Assembly (NCBI GenBank): GCA_965231215.1
Contig: OZ246423.1
Span: 736,001-800,000 of the forward strand
DNA from: Candidatus Altimarinota bacterium
GTDB taxonomy: Bacteria > Patescibacteriota > Gracilibacteria > UBA4473
DNA: 64,000 nucleotides
Direction: 5' to 3'
The position numbers were made by a program, and so were the translations under genes. This document shows positions 37,836 through 46,838 of the stretch, piece after piece (within the stretch, counting starts at the first letter, position 1; each line of letters opens with the position of its first letter). The notes under the pieces are model-generated. The model saw nothing but the letters and a program-made list of their open reading frames with translations, was not told the DNA's origin and searched no databases.

Positions 37836-38910
37836 ATCGATCCCACTTGCAAGTTTCTATCACGGCCTGCATTTGTTCAAAGGTGAGTTGTCCTGGCTGA
37901 GCTCCGAGTTTTTGTATAACAGAGGCAGAGCTATGACTGGCCCAAAGAATTTGTTCATTTAAAGGTTTACCGTGTACTTTAGCCGCAATAAGCCCTACAG
38001 AAAAAGCATCGCCGGCGCCTAAGGTATCTACTCGGTGGACTGCTTGAGCAGGAGCTAAGAAATGGGCTTCTTTTGTAAAGACTTGAGCCCCTCTAGCGCC
38101 ATCAGTAATGGCCACTTGTGAAACGCCTGCATCTAGGAAGGCTTTTGCCAGTTTTCGGACATCACAGAAGAATTTAGGAACGTGCTCTGTTCCACATTTT
38201 ATTTTGGTTCCAAATTGCTCAGGAACATAGGCGTTTGCCTCGTGTTTAGTAGATTTAAGCCCGGTGAAATATTCGGCTTCTTCAACGGTTAAGATCAAAA
38301 TGTCGGTTTCTTTAAAAACGGGCTTAAAGTAATCAAACCCTTTTTTGAACTGTGTTTTTCCCGGGTTCCATCCAAAGATGCCGCCCCCATGTTTTTTCTT
38401 CCAGTCAGGGACTTCTAGCAAAATATCATTGGCACATTCATACAGGTGGCTGATGTAAATACTTTTGGCTTTAGGCGCTTTTCGGAGGTCTTCTTTATCA
38501 AAGTGGCTGCAGCTGGTTCTTTTATGAAAAACGGTTCGTTCTCCAGTCCAGGTATTAAGGATGACGGAAAAAGAAGAAGACTGATTTTTTGCTATGTCTA
38601 GGTATTTAGTTTCTACATTATGAGTTTCAAATTCTTTAAGGATAAAATCGCGGTTAGATTTATCTCCCAAAACGCCAAAGGCCGCGACTTTAAGTCCCAA
38701 TTTTGAAAACCCGATAGCAGAATTTGCAGAGCCTCCTCCACAAAAAGACAAGGCATCAGAAATCTGAATTTTTTCCCCTAAAACTACATCCAGAATGTTT
38801 TGACTATTTTCATCGGTACGAATATTCATATCCGCACTTTCTGGAACTTTGATAATTATATCCAAGGTAATAGACCCGAAGGTAAGAATATCAAATCCTG
38901 GCTGTTTCAT
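37834..38910 (-). CDS. PfkB family carbohydrate kinase
   Basis: GGGSAN.A....KLG, WNPG..Q, TDG.RG, VDTLGAGDAF. Confidence 0.93.
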   Translation of the reverse strand: MKQPGFDILTFGSITLDIIIKVPESADMNIRTDENSQNILDVVLGEKIQISDALSFCGGGSANSAIGFSKLGLKVAAFGVLGDKSNRDFILKEFETHNVETKYLDIAKNQSSSFSVILNTWTGERTVFHKRTSCSHFDKEDLRKAPKAKSIYISHLYECANDILLEVPDWKKKHGGGIFGWNPGKTQFKKGFDYFKPVFKETDILILTVEEAEYFTGLKSTKHEANAYVPEQFGTKIKCGTEHVPKFFCDVRKLAKAFLDAGVSQVAITDGARGAQVFTKEAHFLAPAQAVHRVDTLGAGDAFSVGLIAAKVHGKPLNEQILWASHSSASVIQKLGAQPGQLTFEQMQAVIETCKWDR

Positions 38911-38949
38911 CTAACCATTATATCACAGAAGTACCCATTTTACAATGGT

Positions 38950-39594
38950 TTAAGTCCCATGGGCAAAGGCAATGGCATATACTTTTTTCACTCCGGCTGA
39001 TTTGAGGGTTTTAGCGGCTTCTTCTAAGGTGCTTCCCGTTGTCATTACATCATCTATAATGAGTACAGTTTCAGCTTTTATGGCTTTTTTGAGAGTAAAA
39101 GCTGATTGTATATTTTTTTGTCGTTCAGATTTTGAGAGCCCTATCTGCTGAGGGGTCTTTTTCGTTCGTTTTAGTCCCTTAAAAGAAGGAATATTGAGAG
39201 ACATTTGATCAACAATTAGCTCGGTCTGGTTGAAGCCTCTAGCTAGTTTTCGAGTCCAGTGAAGAGGCATGGGGACAAGGAGGTCTACTTTTTTAAATTT
39301 GGGGGGTAAATCCTGTTTTATTTTTTGTGCTATGAGTTCAGATAATTCTTTTTTTTGATAAAATTTTAGATGATGAACGAGTTGACGAACAGCTTTATGA
39401 TCAAACGCAGTCCGAACCCATAAGTCATCTACATATTTCCATTCAGTAAGGGGCGGCAAGGGGGGGGAGGGGGGAAGCGTAGTGTGATTTTCACACAAAA
39501 AAGCCCCTTCTTCCTTACAGACTAAACACTTTTTAGGGAAGAAGGCGGCTAGTAAATAATGATAAACGAAGGAGGCCTTATTGGCGGATTTCAA
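38950..39594 (-). CDS. comF: ComF family competence protein (double zinc ribbon + PRTase)
   Basis: FP.KC.VC.....LC, PMPLH..R...RGFNQ, IIDDVMTTGST. Confidence 0.9.
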   Translation of the reverse strand: MKSANKASFVYHYLLAAFFPKKCLVCKEEGAFLCENHTTLPPSPPLPPLTEWKYVDDLWVRTAFDHKAVRQLVHHLKFYQKKELSELIAQKIKQDLPPKFKKVDLLVPMPLHWTRKLARGFNQTELIVDQMSLNIPSFKGLKRTKKTPQQIGLSKSERQKNIQSAFTLKKAIKAETVLIIDDVMTTGSTLEEAAKTLKSAGVKKVYAIAFAHGT

Positions 39595-40126
39595 AATTGT
39601 CAGATGAAGATTGAGATCTAAATGGAGAAACTAACTGATTAATTGAATCACGAATAGTTCCATATTTTAGGTAGTCCATGAAATTCAGTCCGAACATCCG
39701 CCCTACAATAGTAACGAAAGTAAAACTAAGGATCGTTACAATCAGGCCAATAATTGAGTAACGGATAGTGTTAATGGCTTGTTTAATTTTTTCATCATTC
39801 CCTCCAGACAGGATAAAGGAAACCCCTCCAATAAAGATAAATACAGCCGACAGGGCGGCCGCAATAATGAAAGCATAGACCACAAACATTTGGATTAATC
39901 CCATAATAGTGAACTCTTGGAGCGTGCTGGTATCTATATTGATGTTCGCTCCAGGATCATACCCATAGCCTCCAGCATCATTAAAACTAGAAGTCGGTTC
40001 TGATGTAGCGCTACTAGTGGTACTGCGAGTCCCATATTCAATTCTTTCACTTGGAGGTGGAATTTGGTCTACAGGGATGCCCTGAAAGTCTTCATTGATT
40101 GCCGGTATAACTCGATTATCGTCCAT
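39578..40126 (-). CDS. CPR pilin-like membrane protein with N-terminal extension
   Basis: FIFIGG..FILSGGN.EKI..A.NTI.YSIIGL.V.ILSF. Confidence 0.75.
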   Translation of the reverse strand: MDDNRVIPAINEDFQGIPVDQIPPPSERIEYGTRSTTSSATSEPTSSFNDAGGYGYDPGANINIDTSTLQEFTIMGLIQMFVVYAFIIAAALSAVFIFIGGVSFILSGGNDEKIKQAINTIRYSIIGLIVTILSFTFVTIVGRMFGLNFMDYLKYGTIRDSINQLVSPFRSQSSSDNFEIRQ

Positions 40127-40159
40127 GAAAATAGGATAATTTTTAAAATATGTATTATT

Positions 40160-40420
40160 TTAAGCGGTTGGTTCTAACACTTTCAAGTTAATTCGCTCGT
40201 TTTCTCGAGCTCCAATAATTCTTACCAATGTTCTAAGAGCCGAAATAGTTTGCCCATTTTTACCGATAAGTTTCCCCATATCGCTATCGGCTACATGGAC
40301 AGAAATGAGGATGCCCATTTCATCGGTTCGGTGCTCTACTTGGATTTGGTCTTTTTCTTCACAGATTTGATCCAGAATGTATTTTACAAAATCAACAGCG
40401 GTTTTAATAGATTCAGACAT
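40160..40420 (-). CDS. khpA: KH-domain RNA-binding protein KhpA
   Basis: D.MG.LI...V...DMGKLIGKNG.TI.ALRTL; directly downstream of rpsP. Confidence 0.92.
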   Translation of the reverse strand: MSESIKTAVDFVKYILDQICEEKDQIQVEHRTDEMGILISVHVADSDMGKLIGKNGQTISALRTLVRIIGARENERINLKVLEPTA

Positions 40421-40462
40421 GATATTGTTTGGTTAAAGTTTAAAGTTTTGGTGCGAAAAAAA

Positions 40463-40918
40463 CTATTCAGCTTTTTTTTCAGCGTCGGGGGTTTCGGCCG
40501 GGGCTTCCTCTTTGGTCTCAGCTTCTTCGGCTTTTGGTTCTTCGGTAGGAGCTTCTGGTTCTGCATCGTTACTGGCTTCAGCCGCTGGTTCGGCCGGAGT
40601 TTCTTCTACTTCTTCTTTTGGGGGTTCAGTTTTCTTTGGTTTGGTAGGTCTGGTTTTGATAAATTTTCCAGCCAGCTCACAGCCATTTTTGACTAATAAT
40701 CGAGCTACCGCTTGAGAACATTGAGCCCCGTTATTAATGTATTTTTCAACGAGTGATTTGTCGTATACTAAAGTGCCTTTTCCTCCATCGGAAAGAGGAT
40801 TAAAGTGGCCAAGCTTAGCGATGAATTTTTTCTGTACTGGGCGAGATTTTTCAGCGGCCACAAGATCAAAAAAAGCCTGTCCTTTTCTTCCACGACGAGC
40901 GAGTCTAATAATTAACAT
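40463..40918 (-). CDS. rpsP: 30S ribosomal protein S16 with acidic C-terminal tail
   Basis: MLIIRLAR.GRK...F..V.A....KLG.FNP...NGAQ.S..V.RL. Confidence 0.93.
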   Translation of the reverse strand: MLIIRLARRGRKGQAFFDLVAAEKSRPVQKKFIAKLGHFNPLSDGGKGTLVYDKSLVEKYINNGAQCSQAVARLLVKNGCELAGKFIKTRPTKPKKTEPPKEEVEETPAEPAAEASNDAEPEAPTEEPKAEEAETKEEAPAETPDAEKKAE

Positions 40919-40985
40919 GTGCGTTGGGTTTTAAGAGATTGAAAAGTGAGGTAATAACGCATAATTCCCCCTGAAATGTGGAGCG

Positions 40986-41013
40986 AATATAGTTTTCAAT
41001 GGGAAAGTGTCAA
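40986..41013 (-). promoter_or_regulatory. Sigma70 promoter of rpsP-khpA
   Basis: TTGACA-N16-TATATT on the minus strand. Confidence 0.7.
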
Positions 41014-41195
41014 GATATTATTCCTCAATTTATAAAAGGTTTATATTCATTTTTTGGCCCCGCAAAAAACGAATCAAAAACCGCCCCCCTGATGAAATTT
41101 TAAAAAACTAAATTATGCACTTACTAAATTTTGAAAATTCGCTTCGCTCAGACACTTCAAAACTTTCTCAAAGGGGGAAATTCGGACTTGGAAAG

Positions 41196-41225
41196 ATTGT
41201 TTAAATGTTTATTGTTTAAATGTTT
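41196..41225 (+). repeat. Perfect 15-bp tandem repeat (ATTGTTTAAATGTTT x2) upstream of glmS
   Basis: Read directly; a degenerate third unit reaches the ATG. Confidence 0.8.
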
Positions 41226-41238
41226 AACAGTTTAAATT

Positions 41239-42990
41239 ATGTGTGGAATTTTTGCGGTTTCGGGATTAAAGCCTAATGCAGGGATAGAAGTGCTGAAAGG
41301 CCTAAAAAAATTAGAATATAGAGGGTATGACTCTTGGGGAGTCGCGGTCAGAGCGGAATCTAATGGAATCCCAGTTGAAAAAGACACAGGAAAAATTTCA
41401 CATGTGGATAGAGCTTTTACTCCAGGAATTGAGGCCATTGGCCACACTAGATGGGCCACTCATGGGGGGGTAACCGCCGCGAATGCCCACCCTCATCAAG
41501 TAGGCAAAGTAACCGTGGTGCACAACGGCATCTTTGAAAATTATGCTGAGTATAAAAAGAAATTCCTGGCCGCTGGCAAAAAATTTCTATCAGAAACCGA
41601 TACCGAAGTAATAGGCTTCATTATTGAAGAAGCTTTGACCGAAGGGAAAACGCCGGCAGAAGCTATCCGGCAAACCGCCCAAAAGATTCAAGGTCGATTT
41701 TCACTTCTGGTAATGTTTGAAGATTTTTCTGGTATTTATGCGGCTCGCCGAGGTTCCCCTCTGATTATTGGGAGAGCCCCAGAAGAGACTTTTATTGCTT
41801 CAGATATTCCAGCTTTTTTAGAAAAAACTCGAATCGTAAATTATCTCGATGATGATGAAATGGTATTTATTGAGGGAGGGAAAGTACAGTTTTCGAGTCT
41901 TTTAGATGGGAACCCTATTGAAAAGCGTGATATTGAAGTAGCCTGGAAGCTAGAGGAAGCCGAAAAAGGGGATTATGACCATTTCATGATCAAGGAAATT
42001 TTTGACCAAAAAGACACTATAAGAAAAGCCATAAATCACAGTGATGAGATCCTCAATCAAGTAGTAGAAATGCTCAAAAGTTCCAATGGAACTTACCTTA
42101 TTGCCTGCGGAACAGCACATAAAGTATGCATGGCCGCAGAGTATTTTTTCTCCCAAATTGCCGGCCGAAAAATCAATGTAGTAGCTGCATCAGAGATGCC
42201 AGACTTTGAACGATTTATAAATTCCAAGACAGCCGTTATGGCTATTTCTCAGTCGGGCGAAACGGCCGATATTTTAGAAGTTTTTGAAAGAGCGAAACGC
42301 AAGGGGGCTAAACTGCTTTCCCTGACGAATGTTGAAAGTAGCTCAGTGGCACGAATGTCTAATGTGCATTTGCCTATCAATGCAGGTCCTGAAAAAGCCG
42401 TAGCTTCTACTAAGGCCACAACAGCTCAGATGGCTTTGTTATTTTTGCTCGCGCATGCAGATGCGGGCTCTCTAAATACTGGACGAGAAGTACTACGGTC
42501 TACTGCGGCGAGTATCAATGACATGCTCAATCCTCGGTACGAAGAGTATATTAAATCGGTAGCACACCATTTGGCTGAACATCCAAATATGTTTGTGATT
42601 GGTCGCGGAGCTTTGTATCCAATGGCCTTAGAGGCTTCTATCAAAATTCAGGAAGTTTCTTATATTCATGCCCAAGGGTTTGCCGCTGGAGAACTGAAAC
42701 ATGGCCCCCTAGCCCTCATCGAAGAAGGCGTACCGTGTTTGGTGCTTGGAGAAGATTTAGAAACAATTTCCAATGCCGTTGAGATTAAATCTCGAGGGGC
42801 TAAAATTATTGGTGTTTCGACCCAAAAAGCGGAAATATTTGATGAGTGGTTGAAGGTTCCAGATTGTGATGGAGCTCAAGCTATTGCGTCAATCATTCCC
42901 ATTCAGATTTTGTCTTACTACTTAGCCATTGCCAAAAATCTAGACCCAGACATGCCAAGAAATCTAGCAAAAAGCGTAACAGTAAAATAA
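41239..42990 (+). CDS. glmS: Glutamine--fructose-6-phosphate aminotransferase
   Basis: MCGI, LEYRGYDS.G, GHTRWATHG, SQSGETAD, ELKHGP, PRNLAKSVTV. Confidence 0.98.
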   Translation: MCGIFAVSGLKPNAGIEVLKGLKKLEYRGYDSWGVAVRAESNGIPVEKDTGKISHVDRAFTPGIEAIGHTRWATHGGVTAANAHPHQVGKVTVVHNGIFENYAEYKKKFLAAGKKFLSETDTEVIGFIIEEALTEGKTPAEAIRQTAQKIQGRFSLLVMFEDFSGIYAARRGSPLIIGRAPEETFIASDIPAFLEKTRIVNYLDDDEMVFIEGGKVQFSSLLDGNPIEKRDIEVAWKLEEAEKGDYDHFMIKEIFDQKDTIRKAINHSDEILNQVVEMLKSSNGTYLIACGTAHKVCMAAEYFFSQIAGRKINVVAASEMPDFERFINSKTAVMAISQSGETADILEVFERAKRKGAKLLSLTNVESSSVARMSNVHLPINAGPEKAVASTKATTAQMALLFLLAHADAGSLNTGREVLRSTAASINDMLNPRYEEYIKSVAHHLAEHPNMFVIGRGALYPMALEASIKIQEVSYIHAQGFAAGELKHGPLALIEEGVPCLVLGEDLETISNAVEIKSRGAKIIGVSTQKAEIFDEWLKVPDCDGAQAIASIIPIQILSYYLAIAKNLDPDMPRNLAKSVTVK

Positions 42991-43085
42991 CTTTAAATCC
43001 TAAAAAGGTAAAAAAGAGGCTTGGCTTTTCTTTTTTTTTAGAGAGAGGGACATAGAGCTGAAAATGCTAAGACGGCCTTTAAGTT

Positions 43086-43112
43086 TTAGCACTCTACAAA
43101 AAAGACTGCTAA
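43086..43112 (+). promoter_or_regulatory. CIRCE element (HrcA operator)
   Basis: TTAGCACTC-N9-GACTGCTAA, one mismatch to the consensus, upstream of htpX. Confidence 0.88.
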
Positions 43113-43173
43113 TTTGTTGCAAAATGTATCCTGATTCGTAATTTGAAAATGTAGTTTATTAAACACAAATAAT

Positions 43174-44070
43174 ATGACCTGGATAAAACGAATAGCGTTA
43201 CTTGTAGGAGTAAATATCGCCGTAATTGCCGTGCTTATGACTATCGTGTCAGTCTTTGGGTTGGATACAACTTACCTAAAAGACACGGGGTTAGATCTAC
43301 GAGCCTTGGCCATTATGTCCTTAATTGTAGGGTTCTCCGGCGCCTTTATTTCACTGGCTATCTCACGGATGACGGCTAAATGGATGATGAAGATCCATAT
43401 TATTGAGACTCCTCAAAATGACTTAGAGGCCTTTCTGATGAACAAAATTGAACACTTCGCTCAACAAGGAGGGTTCAAAACTCCAGAACTTGGGATTTAT
43501 GATTCGCCTGAGATAAATGCTTTTGCCACTGGCCCAACTAAAAACAGATCTCTCGTTGCTTTTTCATCTGGGCTTCTGAACAGCATGGGGCGCCATGAAA
43601 TTGAAGGCGTATTAGCTCATGAAATGGCGCATATTCGTAATGGAGATATGGTAACTATGACGCTTATTCAAGGCGTTATAAATACGTTCGTAATTTTTGC
43701 TTCGAGAGTCGCGGCCTATGCGGCTATGCAGGTTTTAGGAAGAGATAATCAAGCCATAGGAGGCTTGGCTTACTTTGTAGTCTCTATGGTATTCCAAGTG
43801 CTCTTTGGGATGTTAGCTTCAGTGATTGTTTACGCTTTTTCTCGATGGAGAGAATATGGAGCCGATTATGGGGGCGCTCAATTTGCAGGGAAACAAAAGA
43901 TGATTGCCGGATTGAAATTTTTACAAAATCATAAAGCAGCGATTGATACCTCAAACCAAGCTTTGGCTACTATGAAAATTGCCGATAAAGCTAGTTTTGC
44001 GGAGTGGTTTTCTACCCATCCACCGCTAGAGAAAAGAATTGCAGCGCTTCAAGCAGCCCCAATTTCTTAG
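43174..44070 (+). CDS. htpX: Protease HtpX
   Basis: NAFATG, VLAHEMAHI.NGDMVT, FSRWREY.AD, STHPPL..RI. Confidence 0.96.
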   Translation: MTWIKRIALLVGVNIAVIAVLMTIVSVFGLDTTYLKDTGLDLRALAIMSLIVGFSGAFISLAISRMTAKWMMKIHIIETPQNDLEAFLMNKIEHFAQQGGFKTPELGIYDSPEINAFATGPTKNRSLVAFSSGLLNSMGRHEIEGVLAHEMAHIRNGDMVTMTLIQGVINTFVIFASRVAAYAAMQVLGRDNQAIGGLAYFVVSMVFQVLFGMLASVIVYAFSRWREYGADYGGAQFAGKQKMIAGLKFLQNHKAAIDTSNQALATMKIADKASFAEWFSTHPPLEKRIAALQAAPIS

Positions 44071-44143
44071 TTAAGGTTAACTGGTTCTTGCTAGAAAACT
44101 CGGAAAATCCTAAATTTATTTACTAATTAATAAAACAAATAAC

Positions 44144-44752
44144 ATGTCCTTTCTTGCACAACTCAACTGGCGCCATGCAACCAAGTCCTTTGAGCCTTCA
44201 AAAAAAGTATCAGATGCAGATTTAGCCAAGCTTAAAGAAACTATCGTAATGTCTCCCACTTCTTTTGGATTAGAGCCGTTTCATGTGCGGATTGTGACTG
44301 ATCAAGCCTTAAAAGATGAAATTCAGCCAGTATCATGGAATCAAGCTCAAGTTGGAACGTGTTCTCACTTACTCGTTTTTTGCGCTCGAACGGATGTAAA
44401 AGATAGAATAGAAACCTATTTTCAGATAGCCTCTGGTGGCGATGCAGCAGCTAGAGAAAAACTCAAGGACTATGAAGATATGATGCGAGGGTTTTTTGCC
44501 GAGAAAGATGATAAATTTATATATCAATGGGCCCGAAATCAAGCCTACATTGCGCACGGATTTGCTTTGGCCGCGTGTGCGGAGTTGCAGATTGATTCCT
44601 GTCCGATGGAAGGTTTTGATCCAGAAGCGGTTGATAAAATTTTGGATCTCCCTTCTCATCTAAAATCTGTAGTGATGATGCCCATTGGATACCGCGAAAA
44701 AGAACCTGATCACTCTAAGGTGAGATATCCAGAATCAGATCTTTTTAGCTAA
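44144..44752 (+). CDS. Nitroreductase family NAD(P)H-dependent oxidoreductase
   Basis: L.WR.ATK.F, SPTSFGL.P, Q.YIA.G, IDSCPMEGFD, IGYR. Confidence 0.93.
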   Translation: MSFLAQLNWRHATKSFEPSKKVSDADLAKLKETIVMSPTSFGLEPFHVRIVTDQALKDEIQPVSWNQAQVGTCSHLLVFCARTDVKDRIETYFQIASGGDAAAREKLKDYEDMMRGFFAEKDDKFIYQWARNQAYIAHGFALAACAELQIDSCPMEGFDPEAVDKILDLPSHLKSVVMMPIGYREKEPDHSKVRYPESDLFS

Positions 44753-44814
44753 TTATTGAAAGCAAAGCCGAGCGTGGTCATCGTTTAAGAAGGTAGAGCT
44801 AGAGGGGATATATA

Positions 44815-44867
44815 CGCATAGTTTATATTGAAAATACAAACGAAGTGAGTAAAGTCACTGGCGACAA
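44815..44867 (+). repeat. Conserved tRNA-Arg 5' leader element, copy 1
   Basis: Core AAACGAAGTGAGTAAAGTCAC matches copy 2 at 19/21 positions. Confidence 0.7.
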
Positions 44868-44941
44868 GATCCCGTAGTTTAATGGAAGAACATCGGTTTG
44901 CGGAACCGACGATCCAAGTTCGATTCTTGGCGGGATCACCA
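44868..44941 (+). tRNA. tRNA-Arg(GCG)
   Basis: GATCCCG/CGGGATC acceptor stem, TCGGT-TTGCGGA-ACCGA anticodon arm, GTTCGATTC T-loop, encoded CCA. Confidence 0.95.
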
Positions 44942-44980
44942 GTAAAAAATTAACAGATACTTCCCAGCGAAGTAAACGTT

Positions 44981-45601
44981 TTAATCATCATCAGCACAAC
45001 AACGAACGGCTATGGATCTATTGCTATGTCCTTCCCCAGTATAGTGAGTGGCGTTTAAATCTTCGATGCAAACTGAATTTTCTGGAGCTAACCCCGAACC
45101 TATAACGGCCATAAAACCACCCCCTGCACAAGAGGTCGCCGACCATATGAGTCTTGAATCATGGTTACAGCCTGAATGGCTTGAAGCTTCGGATTCTAAT
45201 TCTGGTTGCGTACATAATCTTCCCCCGGCATTGTGGCAAGCTTCATAAGCATCAATCCACTTAACATCTTTAATACAGGATAATCTCCCAGCGTCTGAAT
45301 CTCCACAGTCAGCGGGTAAAGCAGTGTCATTAGGGGCATAGGCCGTAGAAAAAGAAGTACTGGAGCAGTCTTCGGCTGATCGGTAAGGAAAATCTGTTTC
45401 AGAACAATTGGCACAGCTATCATCCCCCGCAAAAAAACATTCTGACAGCGCCTTTTTACAGCTATCGATAAAGCCTGCTTTAAAGGCAGCCTCTTCGGCC
45501 TTTCCGCGATATCCAAGTAGCGTTGGGACACTCACTCCAGAAAGAATACCGACTATGGTAATAATCATTAATAACTCTATTAATGTGAAACCCTGTGGCA
45601 T
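44981..45601 (-). CDS. Type IV pilin-like protein with Cys-rich C-terminal lectin-like domain
   Basis: G|FTLIELL prepilin motif; C-terminal W..A...C...GGRLCT..EL...GC.HD...WS...AVRCCAD. Confidence 0.85.
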   Translation of the reverse strand: MPQGFTLIELLMIITIVGILSGVSVPTLLGYRGKAEEAAFKAGFIDSCKKALSECFFAGDDSCANCSETDFPYRSAEDCSSTSFSTAYAPNDTALPADCGDSDAGRLSCIKDVKWIDAYEACHNAGGRLCTQPELESEASSHSGCNHDSRLIWSATSCAGGGFMAVIGSGLAPENSVCIEDLNATHYTGEGHSNRSIAVRCCADDD

Positions 45602-45645
45602 TGTTTTAAATTTTTAAATGAAGAAATGATTCCATTGTAGCTCCA

Positions 45646-46815
45646 TCAAACCAACTTCCCAAACTTTCGTTTTCCAACTTTTAGAATTTGGGGTTGATCC
45701 GTAATTTTAATAACGGTTTGAGGGTCGGTGATTTTTTTACCATCTAAACTGACACCACCACCATTAATGGTTCGACGAGCTTCACCATTGGAAGTAGTGA
45801 ATCCGCATACTTGGGTCATGAGATCCAAAATCCCAATTTCTTTTTGGCCTACAAGAAACTCAGGTATTTCATCTGGAATTTCTTTTTTTACAAATTTGGT
45901 TTCAAAGTCTTTCAAGGCACCTTCAGCAGCGGATTTGTCATGTAGCCAAGTCACAATGTGTGTGGCCAGTTTTACTTTGGCATCCCTTGGATTTTGGTGG
46001 ATAAGGGTTTTCGCTTCCTCTAAATTTTCATCAGTAAAAATTTCAAAGTAGGTCATCATTTCCTCATCTTTCATACTCATAATTTTCCCGAACATTTCAT
46101 TGGGAGCTTCATCCAGGGCTACATAATTTCCGTAAGATTTACTCATCTTTCGTCCATCAGTCCCATTAATGATTGGCACAGAAAGGACCCACTTTTCTTT
46201 ATCTTTGTACTGGCGAAGCAGCGTCCGTCCCATAAGCATATTAAAGGTTTGATCTGTACCTCCAAGTTCTAGATCAACCTCCATTGCTACCGAATCATAC
46301 CCCTGAAGGAGTGGATAAATAATTTCATGTCCATGAATAGGTTTCCCAGCCTTCAAACGATCTTGGAACATGTCTCGCTCCATGAGTTGTTGGATCGTTA
46401 CATTGGCCATAAGTTTAACCATGTCGGCATAGGTCAGAGCATCTAACCAATCACCATTGTATTTGATCTGTATCGTGTCAAAATTGAGCACTTTAGAAGC
46501 CTGAGTTTTCCAGTCTTCAAAGTTAGCCCGAATGGCTTCATCTGTGAGCATTGGGCGAGTGCTGTCTTTACCGGTGGGATCCCCAATGCGAACGGTTCCA
46601 TTTCCGATTAACAAAATCACATCGTGCCCAAGGTTGGCAAATTCTTGGAGTTTTTTCAGCCCCACCGCATGGCCTAGGGTGAGATGCGATCCGGTTGGAT
46701 CAATTCCAAGATAAAGCCTGATTTTTCTTTTAGACATAAGGTGAGCGAGCGTATCAGGTTTTGGTAAAACTTCGGCTACCCCACGAGTGAGAAGTTTTTG
46801 AATATCTTCAGACAT
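45646..46815 (-). CDS. tyrS: Tyrosine--tRNA ligase
   Basis: YLGIDPT...L.LGH, GDPTG, YPLLQGYDS, GGTDQ.FN, KMSKS, S4 domain VGKRKF. Confidence 0.98.
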   Translation of the reverse strand: MSEDIQKLLTRGVAEVLPKPDTLAHLMSKRKIRLYLGIDPTGSHLTLGHAVGLKKLQEFANLGHDVILLIGNGTVRIGDPTGKDSTRPMLTDEAIRANFEDWKTQASKVLNFDTIQIKYNGDWLDALTYADMVKLMANVTIQQLMERDMFQDRLKAGKPIHGHEIIYPLLQGYDSVAMEVDLELGGTDQTFNMLMGRTLLRQYKDKEKWVLSVPIINGTDGRKMSKSYGNYVALDEAPNEMFGKIMSMKDEEMMTYFEIFTDENLEEAKTLIHQNPRDAKVKLATHIVTWLHDKSAAEGALKDFETKFVKKEIPDEIPEFLVGQKEIGILDLMTQVCGFTTSNGEARRTINGGGVSLDGKKITDPQTVIKITDQPQILKVGKRKFGKLV

Positions 46816-46838
46816 AAAATTTTGCTAAAATTACTTTC

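Noticed and set aside
41014-41238. glmS ribozyme
   Set aside because: No AGCGCC core or compatible stems seen
44981-45601. Diversity-generating retroelement target
   Set aside because: The lectin-like C-terminus is suggestive, but no reverse transcriptase or template repeat is visible in the window
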